Positions 1-9,315 of a stretch of 64,000 bases of DNA are shown piece after piece. The translations under genes and the position numbers were made by a program. Numbering within the stretch: the stretch's first letter is position 1; every line of letters begins with the position of its first letter. The notes under the pieces were generated by a model, which saw only the letters and a program-made list of their open reading frames with translations, was not told where the DNA came from and searched no databases. Source of the stretch: Myxococcota bacterium (GTDB lineage Bacteria; Myxococcota; JAJVIH01); NCBI GenBank assembly GCA_022072125.1, contig JAJVIH010000013.1, positions 36,204-100,203 of the forward strand, given 5' to 3'.

Positions 1-1
1 G

Positions 2-361
2 CGCGCCCGCGCCATTTCCAGCCTGCATCACTTCCCCACCGACCGGGTGTTCCAGCACCTGGAGAAGCTGGTCACCCAGCCCGCGCTGGACCCGTATTAC
101 CGCCGCAAGGCGGTGACCGCGATTGGTTACACCTTCCAGTCGCGCTCGGTTCCCGTGCTGCAGAAGGCGCTGGCGGACTCCGATGAGTTCGTCCGCGACG
201 CCGCGGTGCAGAAGCTGGCCTCCATCCAGGATGTCCGCGTGTTGCCGATTCTGAAGGCCCACGCCCAGATCGAGCAGAAGCAGTTCATCCGGGACTACCT
301 GACCCGGATGGTGCCGCGCCTCGAATCCTCGCTGGGCAAGGTGAGGCAACTCAAGAAGTAA
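2..361 (+). CDS. HEAT/PBS-lyase repeat protein, 3' part (5' end lies outside the window)
   Basis: Frame is open from the window edge (RARAISSLHHFPTDRVFQHLEK...). Repeated HEAT-like units: YYRRKAVTAIG, LQKALADSDEFVRDAAVQKLA. A strong hairpin follows. Confidence 0.75.
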   Translation, partial: RARAISSLHHFPTDRVFQHLEKLVTQPALDPYYRRKAVTAIGYTFQSRSVPVLQKALADSDEFVRDAAVQKLASIQDVRVLPILKAHAQIEQKQFIRDYLTRMVPRLESSLGKVRQLKK

Positions 362-382
362 TCTTCACCGCTGATCCACCTG

Positions 383-418
383 ACAACCCCCGCCATCCTG
401 CCGGATGGCGGGGGTTGT
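383..418. terminator. Intrinsic terminator-like hairpin between convergent genes
   Basis: Perfect 16-bp stem ACAACCCCCGCCATCC-TGCC-GGATGGCGGGGGTTGT, 21 nt after the stop codon at 361. Confidence 0.75.
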
Positions 419-537
419 GATTTATGTCTGGCGCACGGCATATCCCTCCCCCGTCCTGTGGTGCGGAGAAGGATGCGGCGCATCGGCCGGGCGATCCGGA
501 TCAAATCAAGACACCCCCCCGATCACCGGGCCGCCCA

Positions 538-553
538 TGTTTCACGTGAAACA
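538..553. other. parS: parS centromere-like site (ParB binding)
   Basis: TGTTTCACGTGAAACA matches the canonical chromosomal parS consensus exactly. It is intergenic and extends to a 20-bp palindrome (536-555). Confidence 0.85.
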
Positions 554-630
554 TGCGTTCAGCGTTCCGGGCGAAAAATCACGCCGGAGCGCCCGGAGCC
601 AGTGGGAAAATTGTAGGGATGGGTGTGGCT

Positions 631-1578
631 TTACGCCGCGGAACGGGCGCTGAATCCATCGGACGGAAGCATTTCGTCCGATGGATGGGCCACCCAGGAA
701 TGGGTGGGATACCAGTCGGCCGCGCCGGGAGTTTCCCACAATTTGCGCATGAATGCGGCATGGAGGGTATGGCCGTTGGCTTCCAGTTCGATCTCTCCCA
801 CCAAAGCGCCGCCCAACAGGAAGAGATCGCCCATGGCGTCGAGGATCTTGTGGCGGGCGCATTCATTGAAAAAGCGTGCGCCATCTTCGTTGATGGGCCC
901 GTGATCGCCAATCACCAGCGCGTTGTCCAGCGATCCCCCCCGGATCAGGCCCGCCGCGCGCATGGCGTCTAGATCGGAAGTGAATCCAAAGGTCCGGGCA
1001 GGGGCCAGTTCGCTGAGAAAACGCCCCGCCGAGGGATCATACCAGGCGTAGGAACGGCCAACCCAGGGATGATTGAACTGCACCCGCCCGTGCCACAGTG
1101 TTTTATCGGCGGGACTGACGCGGATGCGGGCGTCCTGAATCTGGGCGCTGATCGGGCGGCGGATGATCACCAGACGCCGCTCCTGATCCTGCTCCGCCAG
1201 TCCGGCTTCCCGGATCGCCCGGGCGAATACGGAGGAACTGCCGTCAAGGATAGGCAATTCGGGACCATTCACCGTCACCAGGGCGTTGTCGAGGCCCATG
1301 CCCGCACAGGCGGCGAGGAAATGCTCGATGGTGGAAATACGCGCTCCCCGGTATTCCAGCGCCATGGCGAAGCGGGTGCTGGAAATATGCCTCCAGTGCG
1401 CGGGGATATCCTGCCACCCCGCGCTGGTTTTGACCCGGAAGATCACCCCGGAACCCGGCGCCGCCGGTTCAACCGCCATGCTGGCGTGTTGACCGGAATG
1501 CAGGGCAGGACCTTGCAGCGTGAAGGGTTGTTTTAGTGTGTGCTGGAAAGAAATTCCATGTGGCGGGAAGGCTGACAT
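631..1578 (-). CDS. lpxC: UDP-3-O-acyl-N-acetylglucosamine deacetylase
   Basis: Motifs QHTLKQ..G.ALHSG, STIEHFLAA, ELPILDGSS, ARTFGF, GGSLDNA and RHKILDAMGDL (Zn ligands). Confidence 0.95.
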   Translation of the reverse strand: MSAFPPHGISFQHTLKQPFTLQGPALHSGQHASMAVEPAAPGSGVIFRVKTSAGWQDIPAHWRHISSTRFAMALEYRGARISTIEHFLAACAGMGLDNALVTVNGPELPILDGSSSVFARAIREAGLAEQDQERRLVIIRRPISAQIQDARIRVSPADKTLWHGRVQFNHPWVGRSYAWYDPSAGRFLSELAPARTFGFTSDLDAMRAAGLIRGGSLDNALVIGDHGPINEDGARFFNECARHKILDAMGDLFLLGGALVGEIELEANGHTLHAAFMRKLWETPGAADWYPTHSWVAHPSDEMLPSDGFSARSAA

Positions 1579-1647
1579 GGAAGGTCCTTATGGCAGGAGA
1601 GGGGCCCTTCCGTCAATACCCGGCGGCGCGATCCGGTATCAGATTTG

Positions 1648-2148
1648 TCATGTTTCCGGCGCCCTGGATCGGCGGGGTTTCCCGCCGCGCGCGGGGGGCT
1701 GCGTGTGGGGCCGGACCGGCGTGTTCAGCATGGCGGACATGTGTTGCGGCCGCGCGATCAGATCCGCGAGGGTGGCGCCATCCGCCACGTCGAGAAAGGC
1801 CTTGCGGGCTTGCAGCATGACTTTTTCCAGGGTGCAGACTCCCGTCAGCGGGCAGGTGTTGGTGGCCGGATCAAAACACTCCAGTATGTCCAGGTGGGGT
1901 TCGATACGGCGGATGACATCGCCCACGCGGATGCGTTCCGGATCCAGGGCCAGTTCAAGGCCGCCCTGCTTGCCGCGCCGGGCTTTCAGATAACCTTCGC
2001 GCACCAGTTGCTTGGCCACCTTCGCCACGTGATGGCCGGAAATTCCAAAGGCGGCGGCGATTTCCTGGGCGGGCGCCACGCGGTCCGCGTGTATGCCCAC
2101 ATACATCAGGATTCGCAGGGAGTAATCGGTTTGCAGTGTCAGCCGCAT
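1648..2148 (-). CDS. nsrR: Rrf2-family transcriptional regulator, NsrR-like (Fe-S, NO-sensing)
   Basis: True gene is the tail of ORF 1648-3141: MRLTLQTDYSLRILMY...RGKQGG...ECFDPATNTCPLTGVC, with three Fe-S Cys in NsrR spacing. Confidence 0.85.
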   Translation of the reverse strand: MRLTLQTDYSLRILMYVGIHADRVAPAQEIAAAFGISGHHVAKVAKQLVREGYLKARRGKQGGLELALDPERIRVGDVIRRIEPHLDILECFDPATNTCPLTGVCTLEKVMLQARKAFLDVADGATLADLIARPQHMSAMLNTPVRPHTQPPARGGKPRRSRAPET

Positions 2149-2496
2149 GGATGGAATCCCCCAACTTCTGGAAATGGAAAACATGGAGATGGCGGCGATC
2201 CCCGGCGACGCTCCCCATCCGCACGCCACAGCGTCAATCTGGAACTCCCACAATCGCCCGCAAACCGGCCGTTGACAAGAAACTCCGGCTGGAAAGCGCC
2301 AAGTGTTCCACTTTACTATCGAGAACCTTGCCGGTTTCCTCCCCTGGTTGTTCTGGACGGGGAAATTCATCCTGTTGAAACTCCGCCCCATACCCCGCGC
2401 TTTTTCCGGTTTCCTGCTGTGCTGGTCAGGAAAGTTGCCCCAAGGGGCTGAAGCCACTAAATCAGTCCGGAACGCCGTGACGGGAGCCGCCATTCG

Positions 2497-3567
2497 ATGC
2501 ATCCAACCCAATTGCTGACTTTCGCCGTGCAGTCGCCCGGCGGCATGAACCACGCCATCCCATCCGCCGCGATTGCGGGGCTGGACACCGTGGGCGCGCC
2601 CTGGATGTGGGGCGCGTTCATTGTCTTTGTTCTGTTCATGCTGGCGCTGGACCTGGGGGTCTTCCATCGCTCCAGCCATGAAGTATCCTTCAAGGAGGCG
2701 GGCGCCTGGGTTTCCGTGTGGGTCACTCTGGCGATGTGTTTTTCCGCCCTGATCGCCTTTGTGCTGCCGCTGGGCGGGACAAAGCCCGCGGGCACGCTGG
2801 CGCTGGAATTTCTCACCGGCTACGTCATCGAACTGGCGCTGTCGGTGGACAACCTGTTTGTCATTCTGATCATCCTGTCCTCCCTGCAGGTTCCCAAGGC
2901 GTATCAGCACCGCATTCTGTTCTGGGGCATCCTGGGCGCGCTGATCATGCGCGCGGCCTTTATTTTCATGGGCGCCGCGCTGGTCCAGAAATTCGGATGG
3001 ATCATGTACGTCTTTGGAGCCATCCTGCTGTACACGGGCGTCAAACTCTTCTTCAAGAATGAGGATGACGAGGCCAAACCCACGGACAGCAAGATATACC
3101 ACTTCTTCACCCGGTTCCTGCCGTTCACCGGCAATTTCCATGGACAGTCATTTTTTGCGTACGAAAACGGCAAGCGCGTGGCCACGCCGCTGTTCATGGC
3201 GTTGATTCTGGTCGAGTTCACCGACCTGATCTTCGCGGTGGACAGCATCCCCGCCATCTTCGCCGTGACCACGGACCCGTTCATTGTGTTCACTTCCAAT
3301 ATCTTCGCGATTCTGGGGCTGCGTTCGATGTTCTTTCTGCTGGCGGGCATCATGGATCGCTTCCACCTGCTGCGCTTCGGGCTGGCGGCGGTGCTGACCT
3401 TCATTGGTTTGAAGCTCGTTGGACATGGTTATGTCCATATCCCCATCGTGATTTCGCTGGTGGTGGTGGTGGGCACGCTGGCGCTGTCCATCGTCGCCTC
3501 GCTGTTGATTCCGAAGAAGGGGTCCGGCGCGGAAAAACCGGGCGCCAGTCCAGACGCCGTGGAGTGA
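2497..3567 (+). CDS. TerC/Alx family integral membrane protein (metal homeostasis)
   Basis: Motifs LALDLG, EFLTGYVIELALSVDNLFV, QHRILFWGILGALIMR, DLIFAVDSIPA and NIFAILGLR. Alternative start at 2545. Confidence 0.93.
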   Translation: MHPTQLLTFAVQSPGGMNHAIPSAAIAGLDTVGAPWMWGAFIVFVLFMLALDLGVFHRSSHEVSFKEAGAWVSVWVTLAMCFSALIAFVLPLGGTKPAGTLALEFLTGYVIELALSVDNLFVILIILSSLQVPKAYQHRILFWGILGALIMRAAFIFMGAALVQKFGWIMYVFGAILLYTGVKLFFKNEDDEAKPTDSKIYHFFTRFLPFTGNFHGQSFFAYENGKRVATPLFMALILVEFTDLIFAVDSIPAIFAVTTDPFIVFTSNIFAILGLRSMFFLLAGIMDRFHLLRFGLAAVLTFIGLKLVGHGYVHIPIVISLVVVVGTLALSIVASLLIPKKGSGAEKPGASPDAVE

Positions 3568-3585
3568 TCTCCGCCACGCGCCGCG

Positions 3586-4296
3586 ATGGGCGAACTCATG
3601 TTGTTATTCCGCCGGGATGGCGTGGCCGCCGTCAACAAGCCTTCCGGACTGGCCACGGTTCCCGCGCGGGGAGAGCCGCCGGAGAATTGTCTCCACGCCG
3701 CCGCCCAGCAGCAGTTGCAATGCCGCTTGTGGGTGGTTCACCGGCTCGATCGCGAGACCAGCGGCGTGATCCTGTTCGCGGAAAACCCGGACGCCCACCG
3801 TTCGCTCAGCCTGGCGTTCGAGCGCCGGCTCATTCTCAAGGAATACCTGGCGTTCACGTCTGGCGTTCCTTCGCCTTCCCGCGGGGTCATCAACACCCCG
3901 TTGCACGCGGCGCGGCGGGGCAAGATGCGTCCGGCGCTGCCCGGCGAGGGGGGCGACCAGGATGCGGTGACGGAATATGAAGTGCTGGGATCGGCGGCCA
4001 TTGGCGGAAGTCCGGCCGCCGCCGTGTTGTGCAGGCCTTTGACCGGCCGTCAGCACCAGATTCGCGTGCATATGCGTTCCATCGGCGCGCCGTTGCTGGG
4101 GGATACGCTCTACGGAAAGGCCGCGGCCAGGCATCAAACCGGGACGCCGCTGGAGTTGAAGCGGCTGGCCCTGCATGCTTGGCGGTTGACGATTCCCACG
4201 GGGTGTCCCGGCGGTCCGGCGATCATCGAGGCGCCGCTTCCCGGCGGCCTGCTTCCGCTCGCGCGCCTGCTGCTTGATGACGGTGGAGAACAATAG
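3586..4296 (+). CDS. RluA-family RNA pseudouridine synthase
   Basis: Motifs VNKPSGL, HRLDRETSG (catalytic Asp), TGRQHQIRVH, GDTLYG and LALHA. Confidence 0.93.
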   Translation: MGELMLLFRRDGVAAVNKPSGLATVPARGEPPENCLHAAAQQQLQCRLWVVHRLDRETSGVILFAENPDAHRSLSLAFERRLILKEYLAFTSGVPSPSRGVINTPLHAARRGKMRPALPGEGGDQDAVTEYEVLGSAAIGGSPAAAVLCRPLTGRQHQIRVHMRSIGAPLLGDTLYGKAAARHQTGTPLELKRLALHAWRLTIPTGCPGGPAIIEAPLPGGLLPLARLLLDDGGEQ

Positions 4297-4308
4297 GAGG
4301 GGTTTCCG

Positions 4309-4331
4309 TTTTCACCGGACGCCGGTGAAAA
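4309..4331. terminator. Hairpin after the RluA gene
   Basis: TTTTCACCGG-ACG-CCGGTGAAAA, a 10-bp stem. Confidence 0.45.
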
Positions 4332-4336
4332 AACGC

Positions 4337-4365
4337 TTGACAAGGTGCGTCAAAACGAATATTCG
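4337..4365 (+). promoter_or_regulatory. Putative sigma70 promoter of the TetR/fatty-acyl operon, with overlapping palindrome
   Basis: TTGACA-N17-TATTCG. The palindrome CGAATATTCG (4356-4365) overlaps the -10 and is a candidate TetR operator. Confidence 0.55.
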
Positions 4366-4401
4366 GTTGACTGACCGACCGAATTGGGCGGCCAATCGAA
4401 T

Positions 4402-5037
4402 ATGGACACCACCGCTGACATTCCCCGCCACACGTTATCCGCCAGCCCGCGGCGGGAGGATCGCGCCCAGGAAATTCTCGCCGCCGCCAAGCGCGCTTTT
4501 TCCGCCAATGGCTTCGAGCGCACCTCGATCAAGGATATTGCGCGGGAGGCGGGCATCCGCTCGCCTTCGATTGTCCATTACCACTTCGCCAGCAAGGAAG
4601 AACTGTTGCTGGAGATGGTGCGCGCTGAACTGATGGAGATTGTCGGCAAGGTGCAGGAGCGGTTTCGTTCCGCGCCGCCGCGCGAGCGCAGCCTGCTCGC
4701 CGCCCTCGATATGTTATGGGATTCGCTGGATCACGATCCGGCCCTGACCGGCCTGTTGCTGGAGGCTGCTTCAGCCGCCCGCCACAACCCCGCCGTGCGC
4801 GAACAGATGCAGCGGTTCATCGCTTCGGTGCGCGAACTGATCGTCCGGTTGATCGAGGAAGGGCTGGGCGACAAGGCCAGGCGTCTGCCCGTCAATCCAC
4901 AGGCCATCGCCACGCTGATCATCACCGTGATCGAGGGTTACGCCATGGAAGACGCCGCCAGCGGCGGGGCCGCCTCCCGGCAGACGCGGGAAGCCTTCCG
5001 TTCGCTGCTGGCCCTGATCAAACCTTCAAGGAGCTAA
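4402..5037 (+). CDS. TetR/AcrR family transcriptional regulator
   Basis: ILAAAKRAFSANGFERTSIKDIAREAG...HYHFASKEELL is an N-terminal TetR HTH. Start placed at ATG 4402. Confidence 0.92.
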   Translation: MDTTADIPRHTLSASPRREDRAQEILAAAKRAFSANGFERTSIKDIAREAGIRSPSIVHYHFASKEELLLEMVRAELMEIVGKVQERFRSAPPRERSLLAALDMLWDSLDHDPALTGLLLEAASAARHNPAVREQMQRFIASVRELIVRLIEEGLGDKARRLPVNPQAIATLIITVIEGYAMEDAASGGAASRQTREAFRSLLALIKPSRS

Positions 5038-5040
5038 GCC

Positions 5041-5949
5041 GTGCAGGTCAAATTGCTCAGGAATATTCCCGCGGTCGCGCCCACCACCGGAGCGATGTTC
5101 CGGGTGGCGATCGCGGGCGCCATCCGCAAGGCCCGGAAAATCAAGGTTCCGCCGCCGGCGGTTCCCGGGCCGGAAATCCGTTTTGAAGCGCCCGCGCCCA
5201 CGCGCGAGCACGCCGCCGCCTTTGTCAAAACCGTTTTTGGGGATGCCTCGCGCTACCGCGACGGAACCATTCCGCCGCCGATGTTCTGCATCCATGGGAT
5301 GAAGGTCATCGCGAAATCGCTTGATGAAACACCATGGGATCTCACCAGCGCCCTGCATGTGGGCGCCGGGTTGCGCATCAACCGCCACCTCAACCTGCGC
5401 GACGGCCCCCTGCGGATTTCCGGGCGTCTGATCGAGGCCAGCGAGGACGAACGCCGGATCATCCTCAAACAGCGGATGGTCTTCGGGAACGCCAGCAACC
5501 CGGAGGGCTGGGAGGCGATCTGCACCGAGTGGGCGCCGAAAAAGGTCAAGGGCGGAGAGCGCAAGAAGGACATGAAGGCGCCGGATTTGATCCCGCCAGA
5601 CGCCCGCGAGGCCGCCCGCTGGAAGCTGGCTCCGGACATGGGCGTGCGCTACGCCATGGTGGGCGGCGATTTCAATCCGGTTCATGTCTCCAACGGCGCG
5701 GCGAAGGCGATGGGTTTCAAGCGATCCTTCCTGCAGGGGTTCGGCATTCTCGCCATGGTTTACGAAGGACTGGTCTCCACGGTCTGCGTGGGCGACCGCG
5801 AGCGATTGAAATGGATGGACATCCGTTTCCTCAAGCCGTTGTTCCTGCCGTCATCGGCTCGCCTGTTTATACGCGACGGCGAGTTTTTCATTGGTCCGGC
5901 CCCCGGCGGAGAAATCCGCGCGCAGGGCGAATTCACCCTGGGAGACTGA
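5041..5949 (+). CDS. MaoC/HtdX-like double hotdog (R)-3-hydroxyacyl dehydratase
   Basis: Hydratase-2 motif RYAMVGGDFNPVHVS..AAKAMGFKR, plus RFLKPLFLP. Confidence 0.85.
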   Translation: MQVKLLRNIPAVAPTTGAMFRVAIAGAIRKARKIKVPPPAVPGPEIRFEAPAPTREHAAAFVKTVFGDASRYRDGTIPPPMFCIHGMKVIAKSLDETPWDLTSALHVGAGLRINRHLNLRDGPLRISGRLIEASEDERRIILKQRMVFGNASNPEGWEAICTEWAPKKVKGGERKKDMKAPDLIPPDAREAARWKLAPDMGVRYAMVGGDFNPVHVSNGAAKAMGFKRSFLQGFGILAMVYEGLVSTVCVGDRERLKWMDIRFLKPLFLPSSARLFIRDGEFFIGPAPGGEIRAQGEFTLGD

Positions 5950-5951
5950 AG

Positions 5952-6617
5952 ATGGACTACCTGGTCGAACTTGGACAAAACAAACAGGTCCGGGACCTGA
6001 TGAAAACCCTGGGGTTGCAGGTGAACCTGCCGGCTGCGCTGAAGCGCCACCCCGGTCCGGTGCAGAAACGCGAATTGGCGGGCAAGGTGATCGCCTTTGG
6101 TCCCGCGGGCGAATACACGCCGGAACTGGCGGCCATGGCGGCCCGTTGCGGCGCGGACCTCACGCTGGCTTCAACGGACATGGAGGCGTCCATCCGCGCG
6201 GCGGCGGAGCCCTACGGCGCCAAGGTCTCCGTGGTGCTGGACCCCAAAGACCCGTTGTGGCCCGCGGATGCGCTGGTTTACGACGCATCGGGCGCGCGCA
6301 CGCCGGAGGACCTGCATGGCATGTTCGCTTTTTTTCAGCCCCGGCTGCGTTCGCTGAAGCCGCGCGGACGTTGCCTGGTCGCCGCCATCGCGGTGGAAGA
6401 CGCCTCCGCGGCCGGCCAGACCACCATCTCCGCCATCGAGGGATTCACCCGCTCGCTGGCCAAGGAAGCAGGGCGCAAGGGCTCCACCGCCAACGCGCTC
6501 TTCGTGGCGCCGCGGGCCCGGCAGAACGCGGTCGAGACCGCCCGCTTTTTCCTGTCGGATCGATCTTCGTTCCTGACATCGGTGATTTTGCGCGCCAGCG
6601 GGGAGGCGTCGCCATGA
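5952..6617 (+). CDS. Stand-alone N-terminal (degenerate SDR-like) domain of a FabG4-type 3-oxoacyl reductase
   Basis: ALVYDASG, EGFTRSLAKEAGRKGSTAN and RFFLSDRSSF resemble the N-terminal half of high-molecular-weight FabG4. Stop codon overlaps the next start (ATGA). Confidence 0.75.
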   Translation: MDYLVELGQNKQVRDLMKTLGLQVNLPAALKRHPGPVQKRELAGKVIAFGPAGEYTPELAAMAARCGADLTLASTDMEASIRAAAEPYGAKVSVVLDPKDPLWPADALVYDASGARTPEDLHGMFAFFQPRLRSLKPRGRCLVAAIAVEDASAAGQTTISAIEGFTRSLAKEAGRKGSTANALFVAPRARQNAVETARFFLSDRSSFLTSVILRASGEASP

Positions 6618-7387
6618 GCGCCAACATGCTGAAATACGGCGAACCGGAAGGACTGCTGGAGGGAAAAACCGTTCTGGTGACGGGGGCGGCGCGCGGTATC
6701 GGCGCGGCCATCGCCGAAACCCTGGCGCGCGAGGGCGCGCGCATGATGCTGATTGATCTGCCCAACTCCATGGACGAACTGGCCGCCGTGGCCCAGCGCT
6801 GCGACGGACGCCACGTGCTGGCGGGGGCCGATCTGGCCTCTCCGGACGCCGCGAAGGACATCGCCAGCCGTGTCCGCGCGGAGTTCGGCGGCCTGGATGT
6901 GGCGGTTCACAACGCCGGCATCACCCGCGACAAGATGCTGGTCAACATGGACGACGCGCGCTGGAACCTGGTGATGAACGTCAACCTCGCCGCGGTCATG
7001 CGCCTGCATGACGCCCTCGAACCGGTGATGAACGACGGCGGCAGCGTCATCAATCTGTCCAGCGTCGCGGGCATCGCGGGCAACGCCGGGCAGACCAATT
7101 ACGCCGCCAGCAAGTCCGGCGTGATCGGCCTGACGCGCGCGCTGGCGAAACGGCTGGCGCGGCGGCGCATCCGCGTCAACGCCATCGCCCCCGGCTTCAT
7201 TGAGACGCGCCTGACCGACGCCATTCCCTTCGCCACCCGCGAAGCGGCGCGGCGCCTGAGCGCGTTGTCCCAGGGCGGGCTGCCGCAGGACATCGCCAAT
7301 CTGGTGGTGTTTCTCGCCAGCCCGCATTCGGGCGCGGTGACGGGACAAATCATCCGCGCCGACGGCGGCATGTTCGTCGGCGCCTGA
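6614..7387 (+). CDS. fabG: 3-oxoacyl-[ACP/CoA] reductase, catalytic SDR domain of FabG4 type
   Basis: Motifs TGAARGIG, HNAGITRDK, SSVAG, YAASK and NAIAPGFIET. GGGAGG RBS at 6601-6606. Confidence 0.9.
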   Translation: MSANMLKYGEPEGLLEGKTVLVTGAARGIGAAIAETLAREGARMMLIDLPNSMDELAAVAQRCDGRHVLAGADLASPDAAKDIASRVRAEFGGLDVAVHNAGITRDKMLVNMDDARWNLVMNVNLAAVMRLHDALEPVMNDGGSVINLSSVAGIAGNAGQTNYAASKSGVIGLTRALAKRLARRRIRVNAIAPGFIETRLTDAIPFATREAARRLSALSQGGLPQDIANLVVFLASPHSGAVTGQIIRADGGMFVGA

Positions 7388-7401
7388 CAGGGGAGGAAGC
7401 C

Positions 7402-9315
7402 ATGAGCGCGAATTTTTACACCGACAATGACGATCTCCGCTTCTACCTCGAACGCAGCTTCGACTGGACGGAAATCGTCCGTCTGACCGAACGCGGCTAC
7501 ACCCTGCCGGACGGCCACAAGAGCGAGGCGGAGGCCAGGGAATTTTACCGGGATATCCTCTCCTCCGTCGGCGAATACGTGGCGAAGGAAGTGGCCCCGC
7601 GCGCCCTCGCCATGGATCGCAAGGGCAACCGCCTGGTCAACGGCGAGATCATCGAATCCGGGGAGTTCAAGCAGATATTCAAGGGCTTCCGCGAGATGGG
7701 ATTGTACGGCATGACCGCGCCGCGTCCATTGGGCGGGCTCAACGTGCCGCTGACCGTTTATTTCGCCATGTCGGAGATGATCGCCCGCGCGGATGTCTCG
7801 GTGATGACCCATTTCGCCTTCCATGGCGGCATCGCCATGGCGCTGATGATGTATTCGCTCAAGGAAGGAACGCTGCGGATCGATCCCCAAACCCTGGAAA
7901 TCACGGAGAACCGCTTCGCGGAAGCCATTGACGACATCCTGAGCGGGAGGGAATGGGGTTGCATGGTGCTGACCGAGCCCGGCGCCGGCTCGGATCTGGG
8001 CGCCATGCGCACCCGCGCGGTGGAAAAGGACGGGCGCTGGTTTCTCGATGGCCAGAAGATTTTCATCACCTCCGGTCACGCGCAGTACCAAATCGTGCTC
8101 GCCAAGACCGAAGAGGACAAGGGCGATGCGTTTGATCGCCTGCGCACGCTGTCGCTCTTCTTCGTACCCCGCAGGATCCGCCGCGACGGGAAACTCGTGG
8201 ACAATGTGGTCATCGGCGGCCTTGAGGAAAAGATGGGGCACCATGGTTCCGCCACCTGCACCCTCAACTACGACAACAGCGAGGGCTTCCTGATCGGCAA
8301 GCGCGGGACCGGTTTCGAGCAGATGCTGCTCCTGATGAACAACGCCCGCGTCGGCGTCGGGTTTGAAGGCGTGGGCATCATCGAGGCCGCGTGGCGCATG
8401 GCCAGGCAATATGCGGCCGGGCGCGTCACCATGGGCAAGCCCATCGAGCGCCACGAACTGGTGGCGGATATTCTCGATGAAATGGAGACCACGCTGGCGG
8501 GGCTGCGCGCCCTGGGCTATGCGGCGACCCATTCGGTGGAGCTTGCGGCCAAGCTCGACATGGCTTCCATGCTGTGGCCGGAGGCGGATGAAACCGCGCG
8601 CGCCCGCAACGAACGCCGCCGTTCCGAACTGGTATGGAAGGCGCGCAAGCTCACGCCGGTTTTCAAATACGCGGCGTCGGAATGGGCGGTCCACCTCGCG
8701 CGCATGAACATGCAGGTCCATGGCGGCATGGGGTATATCGTCGAGACCGGGGCGGAAAAACTGCTGCGCGACGCCCTGGTGATGCCGGTATACGAAGGTG
8801 CGTCGCAAATCCAGGCGGTGATGGCCCTCAAGGATAACCTGGGCGCCGTGCTCAAGCACCCCACCCAGTTCGTCGCCGCCGCCGCGCGTTCCCGGTTGAA
8901 CCTGCGGCGCGCCCGCAATCCCCTGGAGCGCCGCGTGTACTGGTGCGAAACCCAGCTCAACCGCGCCCTGCAGCACATCATCACGCGCATCGCCGTGAAC
9001 AAGGTGTCCCACGTCGTCAAGGAAAATGATCCCGCCGCGTGGGTGGACAGCTTCACCAAGAGTTGGGATCCCAAGAAGGATTTCTCCTTCGGGCTCTTCC
9101 ACGCCGAGCGCCTGACCCGCGTCATCGCCGATGTGGAAATGGCCCGGCTGCTGATGGAGCAGGCCCAACGTTTCCCCGAGCGGCGGAACATCGCCGAACG
9201 CTTCGCCGCGCGCGCCGAAAGCCGCGTGCGTTTCAACACCCAGGAGATCCTGCACGGCAGCGAACACGTGCTGGAACAACTCGCCCGCAAAACCCCCATG
9301 ACGGAGGCGGCTTGA
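7402..9315 (+). CDS. Acyl-CoA dehydrogenase (long, FadE5-like)
   Basis: Motifs GCMVLTEPGAGSDLG, GQKIFITSG, EEKMGHHGSATC, QVHGGMGY and YEGASQIQA. Confidence 0.92.
   Translation: MSANFYTDNDDLRFYLERSFDWTEIVRLTERGYTLPDGHKSEAEAREFYRDILSSVGEYVAKEVAPRALAMDRKGNRLVNGEIIESGEFKQIFKGFREMGLYGMTAPRPLGGLNVPLTVYFAMSEMIARADVSVMTHFAFHGGIAMALMMYSLKEGTLRIDPQTLEITENRFAEAIDDILSGREWGCMVLTEPGAGSDLGAMRTRAVEKDGRWFLDGQKIFITSGHAQYQIVLAKTEEDKGDAFDRLRTLSLFFVPRRIRRDGKLVDNVVIGGLEEKMGHHGSATCTLNYDNSEGFLIGKRGTGFEQMLLLMNNARVGVGFEGVGIIEAAWRMARQYAAGRVTMGKPIERHELVADILDEMETTLAGLRALGYAATHSVELAAKLDMASMLWPEADETARARNERRRSELVWKARKLTPVFKYAASEWAVHLARMNMQVHGGMGYIVETGAEKLLRDALVMPVYEGASQIQAVMALKDNLGAVLKHPTQFVAAAARSRLNLRRARNPLERRVYWCETQLNRALQHIITRIAVNKVSHVVKENDPAAWVDSFTKSWDPKKDFSFGLFHAERLTRVIADVEMARLLMEQAQRFPERRNIAERFAARAESRVRFNTQEILHGSEHVLEQLARKTPMTEAA

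Noticed and set aside
2496-2502. GATGCAT NsrR-like half site
   Set aside because: No matching second half site at the expected spacing.
2149-3141. Long N-terminal extension of the Rrf2 ORF
   Set aside because: It is antisense to terC. The Rrf2 domain starts at ATG 2148.
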